A stretch of 64,000 nucleotides of DNA, from IMG/VR virus record IMGVR_UViG_3300032319_000936, positions 1-64,000 of that record. One strand, 5' to 3'. Below, piece after piece: positions 58,077 through 64,000 of the stretch. The stretch's first letter is position 1, and the number at the start of each line of letters is the position of its first letter. The notes beneath the pieces are model-generated. The model saw nothing but the letters and a program-made list of their open reading frames with translations, was not told where the DNA came from and made no database searches. Source of the stretch: a virus (taxonomy: Duplodnaviria; Caudoviricetes). The position numbers and the translations under genes were made by a program.

Positions 58077-58187
58077 AGGTGATAGTGTTATTGTTACAGA
58101 TACAAATATAATTAGAACCCCCGTAAAAAATCAGAGAAATTAGAAAATGTTTAATCAGGAAATACAATGTGGATTAGCTTTTAAATT

Positions 58188-58829
58188 TCAGGAATTTAGT
58201 ATTTTGTGTATATCCCTATGTAGCTTATTTGTCTTGTGCTTATTAATACCAAGCGACAGAATTTTTGAATTGTGGCCGTACATTAAATAAGCATGGATCT
58301 CGTCTTCGATCACTGGTTCCGAATATCCTCCCTTCAATAGGTTTTGCTTCATCACCTCTAATATTTCGATATCTATACTTCTAACAAATGCCAATGCTTT
58401 TTGTTTGTACTCTTCATCAATGCAAAACCTAGCGTGACACACCTCATGATCAAAAGTACCACCTTGATTATTTTCTGTACCGATAATGTATGCCTTTCCC
58501 TCGGACTTCATTGATTGGATTGATTCATAGATGCTAACCATTTCAGAATCATAGGGGGTCTCGATTTTGCTTACCCTAATGCACTCTTCTAAAACATCAA
58601 AAGGTATATTAAAGCCACTCCAGTCAGCAGGGTATGTGAATGATCCTTTAAATTCGGAGTACCATTCCATATAATCCCAGATACTAAAAGATTTACCTCT
58701 GAAATCTTCATTCGGGGATTCGTAAAACTCTTGAACCCTACAAAACAGCATCGGTAAATGATAAGAGTCGGATAATGTAACTGAAAATATGTTAGGTTTT
58801 ACTTGCTCTATTTTATAACTCAGTTCCAT
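58188..58829 (-). CDS. hypothetical protein, HExxH motif
   Basis: DHEVCHA...DEIHAY. Confidence 0.75.
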   Translation of the reverse strand: MELSYKIEQVKPNIFSVTLSDSYHLPMLFCRVQEFYESPNEDFRGKSFSIWDYMEWYSEFKGSFTYPADWSGFNIPFDVLEECIRVSKIETPYDSEMVSIYESIQSMKSEGKAYIIGTENNQGGTFDHEVCHARFCIDEEYKQKALAFVRSIDIEILEVMKQNLLKGGYSEPVIEDEIHAYLMYGHNSKILSLGINKHKTNKLHRDIHKILNS

Positions 58830-58872
58830 TGCTTTTATTTTTTAATCTGCCCATATCCAGTATCCTACTTTT

Positions 58873-59142
58873 TTACCCATTTTTACCACCGTAAGTTTCG
58901 TCGTAGTATTGTTCTACTTTTAAATGAGCAGTTCTAATATCTGTATCTAATGCTTTATCTAAACATCTTTTAGAAAAATCAATCTTCTGCTCCTTCTCCA
59001 TTTCCTTGGCTTTACTACAAGCAAATTCCTTAATGTGATTAAGCGCATGAATTGCATGTAAGTCCATTGGCTGCATACGATATTTGTTTATCTCTTTTTG
59101 GATATAATCTTCCAACCATTCAACCGCAGTTTGTTTACTCAT
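58873..59142 (-). CDS. KQTAVEW-family small protein
   Basis: Start moved to MSKQTAVEW; AKEMEKEQ..ETYGG. Confidence 0.75.
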   Translation of the reverse strand: MSKQTAVEWLEDYIQKEINKYRMQPMDLHAIHALNHIKEFACSKAKEMEKEQKIDFSKRCLDKALDTDIRTAHLKVEQYYDETYGGKNG

Positions 59143-59380
59143 TGCCACCCCCATAAGTTTCTTTGTAGTATTGTTCTGCATCTTTAGCACTTCCCCAATC
59201 TGAGCAGCCATATTTTACGGCATCTTGAATCTGCTCCCTTTCCATTTGCTTGGCTTGTTCAAGTAATTCTTGTTTTTTAATATGATATTCACCTAATGAA
59301 ATTTCTTTATTAAATGCCATATCCCCATACAAATTTAATTGTGTATTATACCATTCTACCGCAGTTTGTTTCTTTTCCAT
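59135..59380 (-). CDS. KQTAVEW-family small protein
   Basis: MEKKQTAVEW. Confidence 0.8.
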   Translation of the reverse strand: MEKKQTAVEWYNTQLNLYGDMAFNKEISLGEYHIKKQELLEQAKQMEREQIQDAVKYGCSDWGSAKDAEQYYKETYGGGNE

Positions 59381-59386
59381 AGTTGT

Positions 59387-59566
59387 TCAGGTGTTTGGTA
59401 AAAAATTTATAGTAAGTGATACTAATTGACCATCTTCTTGTTTAGTCCAAGAGATACTTTCTACACTTACAAGGTTTATCCCAATGTTGTTTGGAATAAC
59501 ATTAATAGGTAGCGGACAATATGCTCCATTAATAATTTCTTCAATTGTTTTAGTTACTGTTTCCAT
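59387..59566 (-). CDS. small hypothetical protein (59 aa, not in track)
   Basis: AACTATGGAA start module; METVTKTIEEI... Confidence 0.6.
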   Translation of the reverse strand: METVTKTIEEIINGAYCPLPINVIPNNIGINLVSVESISWTKQEDGQLVSLTINFLPNT

Positions 59567-59568
59567 AG

Positions 59569-59766
59569 TTATTTAGTTTTAGCTATGTCAGTCCACTCCC
59601 AGCCTAAACACACCTTCATCATTGTGCGATGAAAGAGGTTAGGCTTTTTTTCAAACGAAATACACATTCCACTTTTACCTCCTAGACAATAACAGCCTAC
59701 GTATTTAGAAGATGTCTTAAGTTCCAATGATGGAGGCAGTAATTCTGATTGTCTTTTCTTTTCCAT
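59569..59766 (-). CDS. small hypothetical protein
   Basis: Shared start module. Confidence 0.7.
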   Translation of the reverse strand: MEKKRQSELLPPSLELKTSSKYVGCYCLGGKSGMCISFEKKPNLFHRTMMKVCLGWEWTDIAKTK

Positions 59767-59780
59767 AGTTATTTATTTTT

Positions 59781-59900
59781 TTATTTTGTTATTAATCCTA
59801 TTAACCAGGATAGTCCGAATGATATCCCCCAAATTAAGAGTATAACAAATACTATCTGTCCTAATACTTCTGTTGGCATGCCTTCTCTTCTATTTTCCAT
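59781..59900 (-). CDS. small membrane peptide (39 aa, not in track)
   Basis: Shared start module; single TM segment. Confidence 0.55.
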   Translation of the reverse strand: MENRREGMPTEVLGQIVFVILLIWGISFGLSWLIGLITK

Positions 59901-59928
59901 AGTTATTTAGTTTTTAGTTGAAATATTT

Positions 59929-60120
59929 TTACACATCAAACATATCCTCTATTTTGTTGATGATCTCCCTAAACTCATCTTGTTTATCTTTTGGCATTTG
60001 TAAAGTTTTCATTCCTCTAAATTGCCTATGTTTTATTATCGTTTTTATTTCATCAATGGTAAAAATACTAAACATAGCATCAGATAAATGTAATTTTTCA
60101 CTCGATATTTCGTTATGCAT
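59929..60120 (-). CDS. small hypothetical protein
   Basis: ORF in array. Confidence 0.6.
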   Translation of the reverse strand: MHNEISSEKLHLSDAMFSIFTIDEIKTIIKHRQFRGMKTLQMPKDKQDEFREIINKIEDMFDV

Positions 60121-60478
60121 AATTTTTTATTGTTTCGTTATCGTATGCTAGTGTGATTAGTTTGTCTGGTACACCTAACTTATCCAAATTTTCGTCAGTT
60201 GCAAATTCAAATAACAAATCTAATTTATCCTCGGTTAGGTATCTTGGATGGATATCATATCTTTCTATCAAACTCAACTCTCGTTCTTCAATCTTTAATC
60301 CCCACTTTTCAGAGAACTTTGTATCTGTTTTACATTTGTCGATGAACTCTTCTTGTGTTAATGTATAACCTAACTCAGTCATTTTTTCTTTTGACATATT
60401 AGGTAATATCCTACCATCTTCGATCAGATAGTTCTTATAAACATCCTCAATAATTTGATTGTATCTTTCGTTATTCAT
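60113..60478 (-). CDS. hypothetical protein
   Basis: ORF in array. Confidence 0.7.
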   Translation of the reverse strand: MNNERYNQIIEDVYKNYLIEDGRILPNMSKEKMTELGYTLTQEEFIDKCKTDTKFSEKWGLKIEERELSLIERYDIHPRYLTEDKLDLLFEFATDENLDKLGVPDKLITLAYDNETIKNYA

Positions 60479-60483
60479 AATTT

Positions 60484-60678
60484 TTATTTTTCAGATTTAA
60501 ATTCACGTGTTGTTCGGTTAAATACGTCATCTATTACACTTTCAGCATGACCATCCAGTTTTAATGCTAATTCAAAAGCCTCCCTGATTGCGTAAGGATA
60601 ATTGCAATGTTTAGTGTCAATAGTTACAATAGCGGATTGTCTTGAATCCCCATTGTTGTTGTTAATTGTAATTTTCAT
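60484..60678 (-). CDS. small hypothetical protein
   Basis: TAAATAACTATG start. Confidence 0.65.
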   Translation of the reverse strand: MKITINNNNGDSRQSAIVTIDTKHCNYPYAIREAFELALKLDGHAESVIDDVFNRTTREFKSEK

Positions 60679-60684
60679 AGTTAT

Positions 60685-61005
60685 TTATTTTTTAGAGTTT
60701 ATATTAATGTAAGTTTGACAGTCTGTAAGGCTTCCTTGAAACCACACATTACCTTCTGATTCTACTTGATAAGTACCACCTTGTAAATGAGTCAAATCAA
60801 ATTTTACTTGAGTAAGTTTAGATGTTTTTGGAAATTCTGGGTCATAGTTTTCAATGCCTTTCAAATACATCTCTTTCATCTGCTCCTTCTCCATTTCTAA
60901 AGCTATTTGAACTTCATTGTAGTAATCCGCTAAATCATTTGTAGAAAATCCAATTCTTTCGAGTTGCTCTACAAGATATTCAACCGCGGTTTGTTTCTTT
61001 TCCAT
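60685..61005 (-). CDS. KQTAVE-family protein
   Basis: MEKKQTAVEY..EMEKEQ. Confidence 0.75.
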   Translation of the reverse strand: MEKKQTAVEYLVEQLERIGFSTNDLADYYNEVQIALEMEKEQMKEMYLKGIENYDPEFPKTSKLTQVKFDLTHLQGGTYQVESEGNVWFQGSLTDCQTYININSKK

Positions 61006-61017
61006 AGTTATCCAGTT

Positions 61018-61191
61018 TTAGATTATGTGAATGGTCTCTATTTGGAATTTACCAACAAGTCTGCCGATAAAATCTTTAGCGTCTTCGAGTGTTTCAAATA
61101 GATAAGCCGAGTGGGCTGAAGACCAACCAAAATCCCAACCCTGATAATAAAGTCCGTTTTCAAAGTTTTTTACCACGAATCTCTTTTCCAT
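61018..61191 (-). CDS. small hypothetical protein (57 aa, not in track)
   Basis: Shared start module; MEKRFVVKNF... Confidence 0.6.
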   Translation of the reverse strand: MEKRFVVKNFENGLYYQGWDFGWSSAHSAYLFETLEDAKDFIGRLVGKFQIETIHII

Positions 61192-61203
61192 AGTTATTCA
61201 GTT

Positions 61204-61404
61204 TTAGAGTTTTTCAATTTCTTGTTTAACTTCTTCCCAATAAGTTACTTCGGCTTGTGAATCATTGTAAAATGACGCTACTTTTAATATCTCATCTACT
61301 GCTATCAAGGCACTTTCTTTTAAGTGCTGATGCTTTTTGAAAGGTGCTTTAAATAACGAGTCATATCTTGTGTACAATTCTTCTGCTTTTTCTTTTGGTG
61401 TCAT
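61204..61404 (-). CDS. small hypothetical protein (MTPKEKA type)
   Basis: ALIAVDEI..YWEEVKQEI. Confidence 0.7.
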   Translation of the reverse strand: MTPKEKAEELYTRYDSLFKAPFKKHQHLKESALIAVDEILKVASFYNDSQAEVTYWEEVKQEIEKL

Positions 61405-61406
61405 AG

Positions 61407-61793
61407 TTAGTTCTTTTTTATTAGATGATACTCAGTAAATTCTTCAAACCACTCTGTGATATCTTCTTTGCCTTCAAAGGTAGTAGGCCAAGAATTCATC
61501 TCTATTAGTAAGTTTAAGACTTCTTCCTTACTATACATTTGTTTGGCTTGCCATTCAGCACCTCCATAAGTTTCATTGAAGTATTGCTCAGCATTTTTAG
61601 CACTTCCCCAATCTGAGTAACCATATTTTACAGCATCAATCATCTGCTCCTTCTCCATTTGTTTGGCTTGAATTTTCAGTTTAGCAACCTCATCATTAAA
61701 CAGACTCAAACCTATAATACCTTCAGAAAGTTTATCACCAAGAATTTGTTCTTGCTCAATGTACCATTCAACCGCAGTTTGTTTCTTTTCCAT
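61407..61793 (-). CDS. KQTAVEW-family protein with C-terminal extension
   Basis: Shares DAVKYG.SDWGSAK.AEQY with 59135..59380. Confidence 0.8.
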   Translation of the reverse strand: MEKKQTAVEWYIEQEQILGDKLSEGIIGLSLFNDEVAKLKIQAKQMEKEQMIDAVKYGYSDWGSAKNAEQYFNETYGGAEWQAKQMYSKEEVLNLLIEMNSWPTTFEGKEDITEWFEEFTEYHLIKKN

Positions 61794-61795
61794 AG

Positions 61796-62182
61796 TTATT
61801 TAGTTTTAAAAATCTCTATCAGCTTTTGTAGGCAAGCTAATTCAGCCTCTTCGTAGTTTAAAAAATTTACAGCATCATCAACATACACACCGTCTTTAAA
61901 AATGTAATACACATAAGATTCATCGGGTAAAAATGGTTTGCCGTTTTGTTTTTCAGATACAAATGGTTGTACCCAAGCATCAATATTATGTTTCTCTCTA
62001 AACCATCTAAATGCCTGTGAGAAGATTGGTGCCGCAATATTTTCAGATACTCTGTTGGTGTATACTCTGCTTGTCCTCAACTCCCTGTTGTCCAAATGAC
62101 TGAAACATCCATAACAACACTCGTTAAATCCAAGTTGCTTCAACTCCCAAGCCAACTCATAGGGTACAAATTCTTTTTCCAT
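61796..62182 (-). CDS. hypothetical protein
   Basis: MEKEFVPYELA.ELKQLGF. Confidence 0.75.
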   Translation of the reverse strand: MEKEFVPYELAWELKQLGFNECCYGCFSHLDNRELRTSRVYTNRVSENIAAPIFSQAFRWFREKHNIDAWVQPFVSEKQNGKPFLPDESYVYYIFKDGVYVDDAVNFLNYEEAELACLQKLIEIFKTK

Positions 62183-62188
62183 AGTTAT

Positions 62189-62437
62189 TTAGTTTTTATT
62201 TTCTCCGTAAGTTTCGTTGTAGTAATCCTCGAATGACTTTTGCTCCACCTTAAATTCATCACCCATATCTTCTACTCTACTACTAAACCAAGTTTCTTCG
62301 TGTTGCTCCTTCTCCATTTGCTTGGCTTGTCTTTTTAATGACATAACAACTGTTGGATCTAACATACCATTATTTGTGATGTAATTTTTTTCAATTTCAT
62401 CTACCAACCAATCAACCGATGTTTTTTTCTTTTCCAT
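62189..62437 (-). CDS. KQTAVEW-family protein (variant)
   Basis: MEKKKTSVDW..QAKQMEKEQ..ETYG. Confidence 0.75.
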   Translation of the reverse strand: MEKKKTSVDWLVDEIEKNYITNNGMLDPTVVMSLKRQAKQMEKEQHEETWFSSRVEDMGDEFKVEQKSFEDYYNETYGENKN

Positions 62438-62455
62438 ACTTATTTAGTTTTTAGT

Positions 62456-62665
62456 TTAATAGTTTCTTCTTTCCTTTAATATGTCTAATTCTATCCATTC
62501 ATTATCAATCAACTCTTCAAAATCATTAAGTTTAACATCAATACCCAATGAAAGTATATCCGTTTCACAATGGAATATTACATCTTCTTGGAGTTCTATT
62601 GGTATTGCACCTACTTTTAGAATTGCGGAGCATTTTGCTTTATAAACGTGAGTTTGCTTACTCAT
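62456..62665 (-). CDS. small hypothetical protein
   Basis: ORF in array. Confidence 0.6.
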   Translation of the reverse strand: MSKQTHVYKAKCSAILKVGAIPIELQEDVIFHCETDILSLGIDVKLNDFEELIDNEWIELDILKERRNY

Positions 62666-63054
62666 TGACCCCCTATTGTTATTTCCGCACCCGTAAGAGC
62701 AAAGTATAGGTTTTGAAGTTGGTGAATATGTTTAACATGCTTCGTTAGTGTTCTGTATTGTTCCACCTGTAAACAAATATGACCTTCTGATTTTCGAAAT
62801 GATAATCTATCTGTACAAAATTCATGTATTGGAAGAAATTTTAGTAGCTTATCATTATCTGTATCATACTTAAATCCAAACTTCAACAACCATTCTTCGG
62901 TTAGTGGGATTGATTCAAATTCTTCTGCTTCAATCCAAGTATTTTCTTCTGCGTTTTGAACAGTAAATCCTTTTTCTTCTATAGAAACTATTGTAAAAAT
63001 AGTTCCGTCCAAAAGTTTAACCAAATTCCCAATCCTCATTTCATTTGCTTTCAT
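62662..63054 (-). CDS. YopX-like hypothetical protein
   Basis: MRIGN, IPLTEEWLLKFGF, HQLQNLYFALTG. Confidence 0.7.
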   Translation of the reverse strand: MKANEMRIGNLVKLLDGTIFTIVSIEEKGFTVQNAEENTWIEAEEFESIPLTEEWLLKFGFKYDTDNDKLLKFLPIHEFCTDRLSFRKSEGHICLQVEQYRTLTKHVKHIHQLQNLYFALTGAEITIGGQ

Positions 63055-63104
63055 AATTTTTAGTTCTTTATTTTTTTTTAGTTTTAAAGTTTTTGCAATA
63101 GATT

Positions 63105-63989
63105 TTAGTGGGAATCCCCTACATCGTGCTTTTCCCCGTAAATGGAATAATCTGGGTTAATTACCTTACCCACTTTGTTTCTCTCCCCTGTGTGGTGCTT
63201 GATAACAATACCCTCGTGTGGAATCTTTGTTCCTTCTATAAAGTTACCAAAGACATGCTTGTCCTGCACCTCCTGAGACCAAGCCCCGGTGTAAAGAACT
63301 TTGACGTGGGGAAGTAGAAGTAGGTTATCGCAGAAATATAGGGTTCTCATTGGATCTAGATATTCCCCATTCATAGTAATGTCAAACACCTCGAACTCAA
63401 TTTCTTCAAGTCCATAGTCATAGTTCTTCTGGATGCCCGGACCGAAGATCTCACCATAGATGACTATCCCGTTGTCTACCTGGTAAGCCCCAGTTGATTT
63501 AGCGACCTTGAATAGGTTCCATAATTTTTCTTTGAGTTCAAATTTATCAGCCACTTTCATCCAGACGTCAGCATCATAAAAACCTTGTGTATCTGAACCT
63601 TTCTCAACATTATGGGACCCATAGACATATTCGTACTCGATCCACTCGTCTGCTAGTCGGAAGAATTTCTTAAACTTGTCCCAGAATGAAAGCTTTAGCT
63701 TTTTCACGATGCCGTATCTAGCATTTGTACCGTGCATTTTTCTGGTGATCTGTACGTGATCTTCTTCATCAAACATATCAGGCACATTCTTTAGGTTTGG
63801 GAACTTATGGTAGACGTGGAAGTTTGGATTCTTCTGGTATCTGATCTTACGCCCTGATGCTAATTGTACTTGTACCACGGGTGGCTCGTACTTGAAGATC
63901 TTTAGCATATCCATCATGTCCTCGCCCTCGTCCCATTTTGTGTTAGCATACTTAGCAGCTTGACGAGCATATCTCAAAGGAATAATCAA
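63105..63989 (-). CDS. RNA ligase (Rnl2/DRB0094-like), probably 5' truncated by window
   Basis: TRKMHGTN motif I, IYGEIFG, FDI, HEGIV, KVINP. Confidence 0.85.
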   Translation of the reverse strand: MIIPLRYARQAAKYANTKWDEGEDMMDMLKIFKYEPPVVQVQLASGRKIRYQKNPNFHVYHKFPNLKNVPDMFDEEDHVQITRKMHGTNARYGIVKKLKLSFWDKFKKFFRLADEWIEYEYVYGSHNVEKGSDTQGFYDADVWMKVADKFELKEKLWNLFKVAKSTGAYQVDNGIVIYGEIFGPGIQKNYDYGLEEIEFEVFDITMNGEYLDPMRTLYFCDNLLLLPHVKVLYTGAWSQEVQDKHVFGNFIEGTKIPHEGIVIKHHTGERNKVGKVINPDYSIYGEKHDVGDSH

Positions 63990-64000
63990 ACACTCTGAGT

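Larger units (their letters stand above)
55372..58130. repeat. tandem duplication of a ~1.4 kb two-gene unit
   Basis: Identical upstream GGATATATAAGTAAATAAATAAAACAAGAAAAATGCA, plus terminator and B gene, in both copies. Confidence 0.9.

Noticed and set aside
1-64000. Stop-codon reassignment as in some megaphages
   Set aside because: Conserved enzymes are full length in code 11, and TAG, TGA and TAA all occur as real stops.

Overview
This 64 kb window is gene-dense, uses the standard genetic code, and is most consistent with a large T4-like (jumbo) phage infecting a Bacteroidota host. The host call rests on TAnnTTTG promoter elements, the lack of obvious Shine-Dalgarno sites and A-rich translation starts. 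I found no rRNA, tRNA, CRISPR array or transposase. The left part (1-36.1 kb) and 54.2-57.5 kb are dominated by genes preceded by a GATATATA box, a putative late promoter. About 25 of these proteins share an N-terminal M(K/R)x(I/V)Kx(F/Y)xx(F/L)..E leader resembling the T4 capsid-targeting sequence. They include a tandem, mosaic repertoire of at least 9 proteins with 21-aa leucine-rich repeats, plus a phosphatase, a lytic transglycosylase, an OmpA-like protein and a GDPD. A five-gene operon (GT9-like glycosyltransferase, sulfotransferase, APS kinase, HxGH nucleotidyltransferase, DUF2061 protein) lies directly behind a Ser/Thr/Cys-rich tail-fibre adhesin. The minus-strand block at 36.1-54.2 kb carries an NAD+/ADP-ribose module (Nampt-like, PRPP-synthetase-like, macro, NADAR, two NDT-like), RNA/tRNA repair enzymes, ClpP, a sigma70 and a stripped major-capsid paralogue. 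These genes are driven by a TACGRG-N9-TAnnTTTG promoter. The right end has a duplicated convergent gene pair and an array of small MEK- ORFs sharing a start module. All product calls come from motif recognition by eye; no database searches were run.
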